The notes under the pieces: model-generated
What the model was told of the DNA's origin: nothing
Seen by the model: the letters and a program-made list of their open reading frames with translations, nothing else
Databases searched by the model: none
Position numbers and translations under genes: made by a program
IMG/VR virus record: IMGVR_UViG_3300031857_000489
Location: 1 to 39,783 of that record
Strand: one strand, 5' to 3'
Source of the DNA: a virus
Taxonomy: Duplodnaviria > Caudoviricetes
DNA: 39,783 bases
Shown here: positions 24,945 to 33,252 of the stretch, in pieces
Numbering within the stretch: the stretch's first letter is position 1
Layout: every line of letters begins with the position of its first letter

Positions 24945-26678
24945 TCACGTCCTTCGCCCGAACGTCAGGCCGATGTCAACTCCCGTCGACGTCGACGCTG
25001 GCCCAAACGCCATAGTTTGCAAGACCGCCATTGCCCGATCGTCAATGTCCGCCGATGAAATCACCGACGTTGTCGTGCAGAAGCAGTTGCTCGAAACTAG
25101 TCCACCAGATACAATATACAGAGAACTTTGTGTCTGTATGTCGTATACGGGGATGACATGGCCGCCAGGGTCGAATTGGATGTCGACGATCTTGTTCGTC
25201 GTTATGAGGCCGGAACTAGCAACAACGAGTTGGCGAAGATTTTCGGCGTGTCGCGACAGGTCATTTACCGATGCCTCCGGGAGAGAGCAGTCCGCATTCG
25301 CGGCATCACGGAAACGATGGCTAGCGTCCTTTCCAAGCGATACGCGACGATGAGCAAAGAGGACCGCAAGCGATTCACGGCTGCGGCCAACGAAGCGGCC
25401 CGTGGCCGAAAGCACTCTATCGAAGAGCGCATCAAGCGTGCTGCGTCCAATGAGCGAACCAAGGCCAACCGCAGCACCCTGGAAGTCTGGCTCGGAGACG
25501 AATTGACCGCCGCGGGGATCGATTTCGTTTCGACCAAGGCCGTTGGCATGTACAACATCGATGTTGCCCTCACAGAAAGCCGCGTCGCCGTGGAGGTATT
25601 CGGGGGCAACTGGCACAACTCGCCGAAGCACTCCGCGAGATTCCGAGAACGAACCGACTACTTGATCGATTCGGGTTGGCTTCCGGTAATTATTTGGTCC
25701 GTCAAGGATAAGCCGCTCGGCGTCGGGGCACGCGATTATGTCATCTCCCTTCACCAGCGACGATGCAAAGGCGAACCCTTCGACGGTAAGGAACATGTGA
25801 TTTGGGGTACAGGTGAGGCTATCCCCGCTGGCCAATACGATCCGAACACGGGGGCCACGGTAAAACGCCTTGAAGGCACCGACCGCCCCAGAGACTTGTA
25901 TGGCCGTTTCTCCAGTTAAACAATGCGGATGAGCCGGCGGGTGGTAGATCATCTGATACGGCCCAGGCTTGCCGATCTTCGCGAACGCTTCGCCGATGCC
26001 TACTTCTTTTCCGTTGAGCCCGCGGCAGATGTCGCACGCATCCGACGACGCGAGCCACCGCAGGCCGCGAACGACGCGAGACGCCCGCGCCGCTTCCATC
26101 GCCCCGGCGTGAAAACCGCGACTCGCCTCCGTCTGAGCAATGCGGGCAGCCTTCGCCGGGTCGGCAAAAATCTGGAACAGACGCCGATTCAGGTCTCGCG
26201 TGGCATCGCCTGCCCCCACTCCCTCCGCGACAGCGTTTCTTGCCGCATTTGCTGCTTCCGTCGCGTGCATGGTCGCGGTCTGTAGCGTTGATTGAGCCAG
26301 GTCGAACGCCGCTCGGCGGATGGATTCGACGACCTCCGGCCGCGACAGGTCGAACGCCGCGTCCATGCCCTGAATGCCGAGCGAGATGTTTTTTCGGACC
26401 AGAGGCAATCGACCGCCCTTGGCGCGACTGATCGCCGCAAGGATGTCTCGTGCCCGATGCCGCATGCCGTCGCGATAGTAGTGCCAGATGACATCGACGA
26501 ACCCGGCAGCAAGGGCCGTCATGTGGGCGTTGAGATCGACGGGGCGCCACGCGTGAATTTGGCCCGCCGCGACCTGGAGAAGGGACGACAACGCCGGATG
26601 CAGGCCGCGGGCGAGAAAGTGGCCAGTCGGGAGTTGCTGGCTATGGCCGGGAACGGTGATGTATTTGGCGTTGGTCAT
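24945..26678 (-). CDS. MuF/SPP1 gp7-like head morphogenesis protein interrupted by an intein
   Basis: RIAQTE, W.ASSDACDIC..LNG, PPAHPH|CFC (HPxCxC motif restored after splicing). Confidence 0.88.
   Translation of the reverse strand: MTNAKYITVPGHSQQLPTGHFLARGLHPALSSLLQVAAGQIHAWRPVDLNAHMTALAAGFVDVIWHYYRDGMRHRARDILAAISRAKGGRLPLVRKNISLGIQGMDAAFDLSRPEVVESIRRAAFDLAQSTLQTATMHATEAANAARNAVAEGVGAGDATRDLNRRLFQIFADPAKAARIAQTEASRGFHAGAMEAARASRVVRGLRWLASSDACDICRGLNGKEVGIGEAFAKIGKPGPYQMIYHPPAHPHCLTGETAIQVSGAVGAFKAFYRGPRVRIVLASGDSLTCTPNHMFLTVEGFAFASSLVKGDDIIACPDAERLILDGPNNYRKPTRIDQVVGSFSESRGVLRRVVPVAPEYLHGDAAFCEGNIDVVHANGLGRNEIDPRGGQFVSEPDFQGAAVGLGSLIGRSTLDALFDRVLSATGRFVGRSRESLAVLFAHRRVSLGKDASHRFRDAANADCSLPEASVNDLSRHAENLRQLVVASSGLITTNKIVDIQFDPGGHVIPVYDIQTQSSLYIVSGGLVSSNCFCTTTSVISSADIDDRAMAVLQTMAFGPASTSTGVDIGLTFGRRT
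25087..25115 (+). promoter_or_regulatory. Putative sigma70-like promoter for the antisense endonuclease
   Basis: TTGCTC (25087-92), 17-nt spacer, TACAAT (25110-15) in an AT-rich patch; GGGGA at 25149-53 before the ATG at 25158. Confidence 0.6.
25158..25919 (+). CDS. HTH + NUMOD3-like + Vsr/DUF559-type endonuclease (putative homing endonuclease), encoded antisense within the intein
   Basis: YEAGTSNNELAKIFGVSRQVIYRCL (HTH); RGRKHSIEERIKRA (NUMOD3-like); YNIDVAL...VAVEVFGGNWH...RTDYLIDSGWLPVIIW (Vsr/DUF559-like). Confidence 0.8.
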   Translation: MAARVELDVDDLVRRYEAGTSNNELAKIFGVSRQVIYRCLRERAVRIRGITETMASVLSKRYATMSKEDRKRFTAAANEAARGRKHSIEERIKRAASNERTKANRSTLEVWLGDELTAAGIDFVSTKAVGMYNIDVALTESRVAVEVFGGNWHNSPKHSARFRERTDYLIDSGWLPVIIWSVKDKPLGVGARDYVISLHQRRCKGEPFDGKEHVIWGTGEAIPAGQYDPNTGATVKRLEGTDRPRDLYGRFSS

Positions 26679-28840
26679 GTGTCCGATTGCGGCTTGGGTT
26701 GCGCCGGCTTGAACATGAAATACATATTATCATCCCCGTCCTTAACGGTGACGCCGTGCGGATCGTCCATCAGGTGAGGCTCATTGATGACCTGGAGTTG
26801 AATCTGGCCGCTGTCTCGCATTTTGCGGACGAGTTTTTGGAATCGCTCGGGCGTGAATCCGGGGCGAGGGTTACCGTTGTCGTCGAACCGCACCTGGTCG
26901 TAGAGCCGAGGCAGCGGAATCAACCCGTTGTCGTACTCGCGGAGATAGCCGAGATCCTTGTAGGCGACCCCGATCGCGTCCATGTCGGTGTTGTCGCTTG
27001 CCGACGATTGCGGCTTGGCTTGCGGCTTGGGTTGCGTCGCCGGTTTCGCTGGCCGGCTTCCGAACGTGCCGAGTTTTGCTGGCGCCGCTGGCCGCATCTG
27101 GTCCTCTTGCGACCGGGCCGTCTTCGCGGGAGCCGGCTTGGGCGGCGGCATCAAATGGTCGTTCTCGGCTGGGTAGCCGCCGTCACCGTCTCGGCGCCGC
27201 GAAAGGAATAGCTGAAGCACGCCATCTTCGACGATGCCGGCTTCACGCTCTTCGGGCTTCAACCCGCCCCGTCCCTCGGCTCCCGTCGTCGTGTACAGAC
27301 CGGATCGGCGGAGTTGATACAGGTGGCGGTCAAAATCCTCGCGCGAGATATTGGGCAACTCCTTCCGCAGATCCACCAGCGACACGAAGTTTGGCCGGCT
27401 GGACCTCGACTCGACCCGCTTCATCGCCCGCGCGAACTCGCCGCGGAATTCTTCGGCGGACAACGGCGGCGATGGCGATGGGCTGGGCGCTGGCTTCTCG
27501 GCAGGCGCGACCGCCGGCTCGGCAGTGGCCGCCAACTCCTGATGTCCGCGAATCTGCTCGACAATCTGCGCCTTCAACTTCGGATTCGCCCCCTTGATGC
27601 CGAGTTCGGTTTTCAGTTCCTTGAGTTGCGGAATCGTCATTTTCGACAGATGCCCGATAAGTTCCTGCGCTGTCGCCCTCGCCTGTTCCGAGTCGCTGGC
27701 CCTGGGGGTCTTGAGGATTGCCGTTGCCGCCTGCCGGGCTTGCTGCTGGCTGTCGGCACGCTTCGGCGCAGCCGGCTTCTTCGCCCCGGCTGCCTGTTGC
27801 TTCTGGGCCGACTGCGGCTTGGTTGTCGCCGCGCCGGCGTTCGGGTTGGCGATGCGGAAAGTTCGCCCGCCCTGCCGCTTGTAGAACCGCCCCGAAGTCT
27901 CCCACGTCTCGCCATCCTTGCGTGCCGTGGCCTTGACGACGTAAACGGCGAGCGACTTTCGCGACATCGGCGGGTCAGCTTCATCGTACCAGTGCCCCAG
28001 GATGTCGGCGATGAGATCGATCCTCTCTTGCTCGCCGCCGTCGTCCGGCTGTGCGGCGCGATCGCCGAGCGATTTGGCGACGAAACGAGTTGTCAAGGAA
28101 TCCTTGACAACTGCCGCACGGGCGTAGATCGGAGACGCCAGAAGTCCGCGGCGGATGGATTTCGGCGTCGGCAGGTCCAGTTTGTGCGTCTCGCCCTCGA
28201 CGACGGATCGCATGGTTTTCATCTTGTTCGACAGCAGCTTGTAGTTGTGCATGTCAACCTTCGTGTTCGAGAAGAGGTAACGAATCTTTGATCGGCTTTT
28301 GGTCGTCAATCGCAGCGTCCGGCCGGGAATCTGAAGGTTTTCAAGAGCCGTCCAGGGCGGCGTCATGACAATCGTCGACCGTGGCCGATCGCCTACCGTG
28401 TCGTCCAGGTTGATGCCGGTCGAGCCCGACGGGATTGTGGTGATGAACACGCGAGCCTTTCCGCTCTGGAACTGTTGCACCGCGTCTTTGTCGGCCGACG
28501 ATCCGCTGTGATATTCGACGACGTCGCTGATGCCGTTTTTGGCGAATTCCTGGCGCAGCAAGTCGACCACGCCCGCCTCGTCGTTGCCGCCAGGGTTGAC
28601 GCTCGACGTGAACAGGATCACCGAATGGCCGGCCTTGATGTCCTCGATCGCCTTCGCGACGGCGTGGGGAACCTTGTGCCGCTCTCGACGCAGGCGGGCC
28701 TGCATGATCGCCTGGGCGGCGTTTTTCGAGTCCCCGCCGGCGATGGATTCGAGTTCGGCTTTCGCCTCTTCGGGTAGGTCGACCGTCTCGACGCTGGCGT
28801 CTATGCGGCGGTAAAGCGGAGATTCCAAAAGCTCGCTCAT
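26675..28840 (-). CDS. Multidomain head-region protein (~721 aa): Strawberry-notch-like SF2 helicase C-domain, Rho-N/SAP-like helix pair, two wHTH-like modules
   Basis: Start at 28840 (ATGA overlap with portal); FQSGKARVFITTIPSGSTGINLDD...PPWTA...QIPGRTLR; LSKMTIPQLKELKTELGIKG. Confidence 0.75.
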   Translation of the reverse strand: MSELLESPLYRRIDASVETVDLPEEAKAELESIAGGDSKNAAQAIMQARLRRERHKVPHAVAKAIEDIKAGHSVILFTSSVNPGGNDEAGVVDLLRQEFAKNGISDVVEYHSGSSADKDAVQQFQSGKARVFITTIPSGSTGINLDDTVGDRPRSTIVMTPPWTALENLQIPGRTLRLTTKSRSKIRYLFSNTKVDMHNYKLLSNKMKTMRSVVEGETHKLDLPTPKSIRRGLLASPIYARAAVVKDSLTTRFVAKSLGDRAAQPDDGGEQERIDLIADILGHWYDEADPPMSRKSLAVYVVKATARKDGETWETSGRFYKRQGGRTFRIANPNAGAATTKPQSAQKQQAAGAKKPAAPKRADSQQQARQAATAILKTPRASDSEQARATAQELIGHLSKMTIPQLKELKTELGIKGANPKLKAQIVEQIRGHQELAATAEPAVAPAEKPAPSPSPSPPLSAEEFRGEFARAMKRVESRSSRPNFVSLVDLRKELPNISREDFDRHLYQLRRSGLYTTTGAEGRGGLKPEEREAGIVEDGVLQLFLSRRRDGDGGYPAENDHLMPPPKPAPAKTARSQEDQMRPAAPAKLGTFGSRPAKPATQPKPQAKPQSSASDNTDMDAIGVAYKDLGYLREYDNGLIPLPRLYDQVRFDDNGNPRPGFTPERFQKLVRKMRDSGQIQLQVINEPHLMDDPHGVTVKDGDDNMYFMFKPAQPKPQSDT

Positions 28841-30399
28841 TGCATCCCGCCTCCAAAAATGTCCGCGATATCGCCGGCGTCGCCGGTTTGCTCGCCGCCC
28901 ATTCCTCCGCCATCGCCCATTCCGCCGCCCATGCCACCGCCGCCCATCAGTTGCTGCATCTGGTCCATTGGCTGTTCCCCCGTCGCCCATCCAAGCGGCT
29001 GCGCCGACATCGGGTTCCCGACCGGATCGTCTCCACCGTGCTCCCACGGCTCGAAGCCCTCAGCCTGTCGCCACTCGTTCGGCGTGACGACGGAGTTTCG
29101 GTGCATCGTTTCGTATTTTCGCAGACGCATTTCCGGGTCGTTGGGAGTCGGATCGTCCCAGTAAATCACAAGGTCGTCGTTGTACCGTTTCGCCAGCTTT
29201 TCCGTCAGCACTTGGCCGGCTAGAGTCAATTTCGGCTTGAGGCACGATCCGTAAAAATTGGCTCGGCTCGCGTCGGCGTTTGCGTAGGTCGATTGTTCCA
29301 CCAGGCCGGCGATGGATTGCGGCACGCGATGAGCCGACATCAGAGAACCGCGGACCTGATCGGCTGACGCGGCGTAGTCCATTTCGACATTCGTTCGCGA
29401 AAACGGGACAACGCGAATGCCAGGCGACAGCACAACCACTTCGCCGGTGTTGCGCACGCCTTGGTACGCCTCCCGGAATCGAGATTTGACGCGGGCGATC
29501 TCCTCCTGGTCGGGGTTGGCAACGTCCTTGTCCATTTCCAGCGCCACGCCGGGGAATGCTCCGTTGGCGAACGTTTGGACGCGGCTGCGGTCGATGTTGT
29601 TGCTGACGTCGATCCATGCGCCGATTGCACCGACCGGAGAATAGCCGTCGATGATCGAGAACGGCGACGGATACGCAATCTTGATGATTTCCGATGCCGG
29701 CCGCCGCTCGATGCCGCCCGCGCCAGGGAACCAGCCTGCTCCGAACGCGCCCACAGCGTCGACCATGACACTGTTCGTCGGCCGAATTTCGTACTCGCCG
29801 ATTAGCTGGTCTTTGCCGGGGATTTCGTACACCCACTGCGACGGCAGAACCCAAAGCTGACTCGGCCGGTCATCGACGTTGATTTTCGCCGGCGGAGCCC
29901 ACATGTACGCCGCCCCGGTTAGTTCCAGGTACATCATGACCTTGTACCAGAAAGTCCAGGCGACATCCGGGCCGTTCGGGTTGAGCAGGATTCGGTAGAG
30001 CGGATGGTCCTGGCTGACCTGTTCGAGGGTGTCGTCGGACCTGATGTTGGTCAACGCTTTTCGCCGTGCGTTGGCCGTCAGAAAACGGCTCTGAAATTCG
30101 GCGTTGACATCTCGACGATCACGGCCGCTGGCGAGAGCCTTTCGGTAGGCTGATCGCACGTCGGCGGCTGCGTGGCGCTTGGCGACAATCGGCTGGAATC
30201 CGCCGACTTCCTCCGCGATGGCTTTGATCGCGACGTAATTCCAGCCGCGGAAATGATTGACCTGCTCGATTCGCTGCCATGAATTGTTGAGGGCGGCGGT
30301 CGTCGCGCCAGACCATGCCGGCATCACGTCGATAACGCGGTCGCGGCGAGCCTTGACGATGCCGCCAAGGAATCCGAAAAGGGATCGGGTCAGTTGCAC
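28837..30399 (-). CDS. Phage portal protein, HK97 family
   Basis: HPLYRILLNPN, LELTGAAY, GYSPV, F.NGAFPG, N.G.VVVL, TPNEWRQAEGFEP. Confidence 0.92.
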   Translation of the reverse strand: MQLTRSLFGFLGGIVKARRDRVIDVMPAWSGATTAALNNSWQRIEQVNHFRGWNYVAIKAIAEEVGGFQPIVAKRHAAADVRSAYRKALASGRDRRDVNAEFQSRFLTANARRKALTNIRSDDTLEQVSQDHPLYRILLNPNGPDVAWTFWYKVMMYLELTGAAYMWAPPAKINVDDRPSQLWVLPSQWVYEIPGKDQLIGEYEIRPTNSVMVDAVGAFGAGWFPGAGGIERRPASEIIKIAYPSPFSIIDGYSPVGAIGAWIDVSNNIDRSRVQTFANGAFPGVALEMDKDVANPDQEEIARVKSRFREAYQGVRNTGEVVVLSPGIRVVPFSRTNVEMDYAASADQVRGSLMSAHRVPQSIAGLVEQSTYANADASRANFYGSCLKPKLTLAGQVLTEKLAKRYNDDLVIYWDDPTPNDPEMRLRKYETMHRNSVVTPNEWRQAEGFEPWEHGGDDPVGNPMSAQPLGWATGEQPMDQMQQLMGGGGMGGGMGDGGGMGGEQTGDAGDIADIFGGGMQ

Positions 30400-30444
30400 G
30401 TCGAATCTCCCTCACCCCCTGCCACGGTGATGAGGGATTGACGC

Positions 30445-30627
30445 TCACAACGCCATACGCACCAGCCACACGACAATCGCCAAAGGCACGCCGATGCACC
30501 AGCCGATTGCTGCGGGAATGATGACGGCCAGGATCATGACCGCCATTCCGGCGACAATGGCGTCGGCGACTTGTTTAAGGGTTTCGTGGATCATATCCAG
30601 GCACTCCAGACCACGATCGACGAACAA
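30445..30627 (-). CDS. Small membrane protein
   Basis: Long hydrophobic stretch; start may be MIHETL. Confidence 0.45.
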   Translation of the reverse strand: MFVDRGLECLDMIHETLKQVADAIVAGMAVMILAVIIPAAIGWCIGVPLAIVVWLVRMAL

Positions 30628-31051
30628 GCCGCCACCATGGGCCCCATGCGCTCCATGCAGACAAGGTCACTGCCTCACGAGCCCTCACCACGAATCGGAG
30701 CGGCCGATTGAGGCAGAAGACTGGTTCGGTGAATACGACCCCGTCCAAGTGGTGATACTTGTCGCGATACGATTCGCAAGTGGCATCCGTCCATGACGCC
30801 GGCTCGTAAGCCTTGAGTTCGCCGACTTTTCGCCACAAGTTCGACAGCGGCTCACACTGCGCCATCACGTCGTACTCGACCAGCGACACCACAGTAGCGC
30901 ATTCTGGGGCATGGCGATCGCCGCGACCGCCGCCGCACCAGAAGCATTGACCGGGATGGCTTGGGCGAATGTCGTCACTCGTCACTCGCACGTCGTGCGA
31001 GTGCGCTTCCGGTCGGGACGCCGCTTTGCGGATCATTCCTGTGGTTGTCAT
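30575..31051 (-). CDS. Hypothetical protein with CxxC...HxxxC
   Basis: ATGA-coupled with GGAGG RBS; CFWCG....HAPEC. Confidence 0.55.
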   Translation of the reverse strand: MTTTGMIRKAASRPEAHSHDVRVTSDDIRPSHPGQCFWCGGGRGDRHAPECATVVSLVEYDVMAQCEPLSNLWRKVGELKAYEPASWTDATCESYRDKYHHLDGVVFTEPVFCLNRPLRFVVRAREAVTLSAWSAWGPWWRLVRRSWSGVPGYDPRNP

Positions 31052-31587
31052 GGGGCCTCCTGGGCAGCGATGTTGCCAGCCGACAATTCGTGCACGATTT
31101 CAACCGCCGCCCCGCAAGCCACGATCGCGACAATGCCGATAATTGCAACCAGGGCAATGTTGATCAATCGGTTCCGAAAATCGGACTCGCGTCGCATCTT
31201 CAAGGAGGCGGACAGCGAATGACATCGATCAACATCGAAAAGGACGATTTTTGCCGCCGAATCCCCAAAAGCATCCCGGCACGCATCCAAAACGGCGTTG
31301 GTCGTTTCCTTGTCGTAGGTCGTGATGATGACGTCAACGCTGGCAACGTCGGCATGAACAGAGTCCGCCGCCTTGATGCTCTTGATGCTCATTTCGCCGA
31401 CCGTGAACCCCGAGCAGTTGCCACCCGCCTTCGCGGCTCTGTCGACTATCTTAAGCATCACGTTCTCGCACGCCTTGAACACGGACCACGCTGCATCCAT
31501 GTCGGCCGTCTTGACGATCGTGTCACACCTGCCCCACCCGGTAGAGGTAAGCGGAATCGTTCTCTCAATCGTGATTTCGCCAGCCAT
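31048..31587 (-). CDS. Hypothetical protein with a C-terminal TM helix
   Basis: Start MAGEIT at 31587 after GGAGG. Confidence 0.55.
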   Translation of the reverse strand: MAGEITIERTIPLTSTGWGRCDTIVKTADMDAAWSVFKACENVMLKIVDRAAKAGGNCSGFTVGEMSIKSIKAADSVHADVASVDVIITTYDKETTNAVLDACRDAFGDSAAKIVLFDVDRCHSLSASLKMRRESDFRNRLINIALVAIIGIVAIVACGAAVEIVHELSAGNIAAQEAP

Positions 31588-31631
31588 TCGGCTCCTCCAC
31601 GGCTTCCGGCCTTCCTTTTCTCCCCCAAAGC

Positions 31632-32969
31632 CTACCACACCGCCAGCCGCTTCGGAACATGCAAAGCCAGCCGGTTGAAGCCTGATGCCGCGGCGTCGAC
31701 CTGGTCGTCGTGCGAGCCGTGGGGAAACAGGCACAATTCGTCCAGAAAAGCCCTGTTCCACTTTCCCCTCACAAGCTTCACGTTGCCGGCCTGCGCCTGA
31801 GATGCCAGCGGGCCGGCGCGGACGGATTTGTCTCCCGTCGACCGTTCGGCGCTTACCTTGTAGCCGGCAAGATCCTTCACGGTTATTTCGGCGGAGTGCT
31901 TGCCGCCAGAACCGCCCTCTTGCTCAAGGAGGACTTGATAGTTTCGCTCTCCAAGCCGCTCGGCGTCGGCGATTGTCGTCTGCTTGATGATCGACTCTCG
32001 TTCGAAACTCCCCCATTGGCCGTGGACAACATCCTCGATGTAGTAGATGCCGTTCGGCGACTTGCCGATATTGACGCCCGCCGTCGGATCTCCGCCGCCA
32101 GCCGTCCCGCCCTTGTCCCACGAGCGGCACCATTGGCAGCCAACCGGAGGCGCATCGACGATCTCGAACCACTCCCGCTGAAACATGCCGCCTTCGTAAG
32201 CTTCCCAGTCGCCGCCCAACAGCTGGGCCCGCGTCACCGGGTCAAGGTTCATCAGGCTGCGCGTGTATTCTTCGCGGTCGAGATGGGGATTGTCGTTGAG
32301 CGTCGCCGGGACGTAGACGCCCTCGATTTCCGGAGGATGGTCTGGCGACCCGACGAACCGATCCTTGACCCAATCGTGCCCGACACCGCCTGGATTGCTG
32401 GCGGATCGCATTCGCAGCGGGACGTCAATGTCCTGCACTCGCCGCAAGCGAGAAAACAAGAACCGATATTGCGTTTCTGTGAAGTTGGTCAACTCGTCGA
32501 AGCCGATAAACTGAAACTCGGACGAGCGGTATCGGTACTTATCGTTTTCCGACTCGATGTAGCCGAATGACAGCGTTGCCCCGCTGGGAAACGTCCATCG
32601 CTTCTCCTGGGCCGACCATTTGGCATCAGTTCCGAGAAGCCAGTCGAAAGCCCGATCCATCAGCGCTCCGGGCAAGGCGAGATCCGTGTAGCTTTGCCGA
32701 AAGATCACGGCCGCGTAATTGGGGATGTCGACGAATTGCAGCGCCGCCATGAGCAACGCGGACGACTTCCCGCCCCCCGCCGCCCCGCCGTAGAACGCTT
32801 CAAGACAATCCATCGATAGGAATTGTCTCTGGCGGGACGTCGGCTGCTGAGTCTCCATGTACTTCGTCGTTCTTGGCCCCATCAGGCTCAGCCAGCGCTC
32901 TCGCTCTGGCACTGTCAAGTAGGGCCAAAGCCTCTTCAATTCGTCTTGCGTTGGAAGTCGGCTCGACAT
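31632..32969 (-). CDS. terL: Terminase large subunit
   Basis: Walker A GGAAGGGKS, Walker B FIGFDE, SNPGG, nuclease WD and HDDQVDA. Confidence 0.95.
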   Translation of the reverse strand: MSSRLPTQDELKRLWPYLTVPERERWLSLMGPRTTKYMETQQPTSRQRQFLSMDCLEAFYGGAAGGGKSSALLMAALQFVDIPNYAAVIFRQSYTDLALPGALMDRAFDWLLGTDAKWSAQEKRWTFPSGATLSFGYIESENDKYRYRSSEFQFIGFDELTNFTETQYRFLFSRLRRVQDIDVPLRMRSASNPGGVGHDWVKDRFVGSPDHPPEIEGVYVPATLNDNPHLDREEYTRSLMNLDPVTRAQLLGGDWEAYEGGMFQREWFEIVDAPPVGCQWCRSWDKGGTAGGGDPTAGVNIGKSPNGIYYIEDVVHGQWGSFERESIIKQTTIADAERLGERNYQVLLEQEGGSGGKHSAEITVKDLAGYKVSAERSTGDKSVRAGPLASQAQAGNVKLVRGKWNRAFLDELCLFPHGSHDDQVDAAASGFNRLALHVPKRLAVW

Positions 32970-33252
32970 AATTGGCGACCTGAACGGCCGTCGTGACGTT
33001 CACCACCGTAGACGGATGATCCGGCTTGTCCGACGCTTGCTGGAACCGCGCATCGACCGAATCCGCCGCCACGAGCACTTTCGACGCCGCGATCCGGTTC
33101 CGCTCATCGTCCGATTCCGTGGCGACCTTCGCCATCTGCTCGACGACGGCGGCTTTGTACTCTTCCGGGACGTTCCATCCGTTTTTGATTGCCCGGCGGA
33201 TGAGGCGCATATTCGCCTTGCCGGGATGCAGGTCGCCGTCGCCGAGTTGCAT
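32800..33252 (-). CDS. terS: Putative terminase small subunit
   Basis: Helical 150-aa ORF directly upstream of, and overlapping, terL. Confidence 0.6.
   Translation of the reverse strand: MQLGDGDLHPGKANMRLIRRAIKNGWNVPEEYKAAVVEQMAKVATESDDERNRIAASKVLVAADSVDARFQQASDKPDHPSTVVNVTTAVQVANYVEPTSNARRIEEALALLDSARARALAEPDGAKNDEVHGDSAADVPPETIPIDGLS

Larger units (their letters stand above)
25086..25922 (-). mobile_element. Intein (279 aa) in MuF
   Basis: Block A CLTGET, block B LTCTPNHMFLT, block F VYDIQT, block G GLVSSN followed by +1 Cys; removal restores HPHCFC. Confidence 0.88.

Noticed and set aside
28841-29047. N-terminal 69 aa of the 790-aa track ORF
   Set aside because: Alternative frame of the portal's Gly/Met-rich tail; the coupled ATG at 28840 with a GGAGG RBS is the better start
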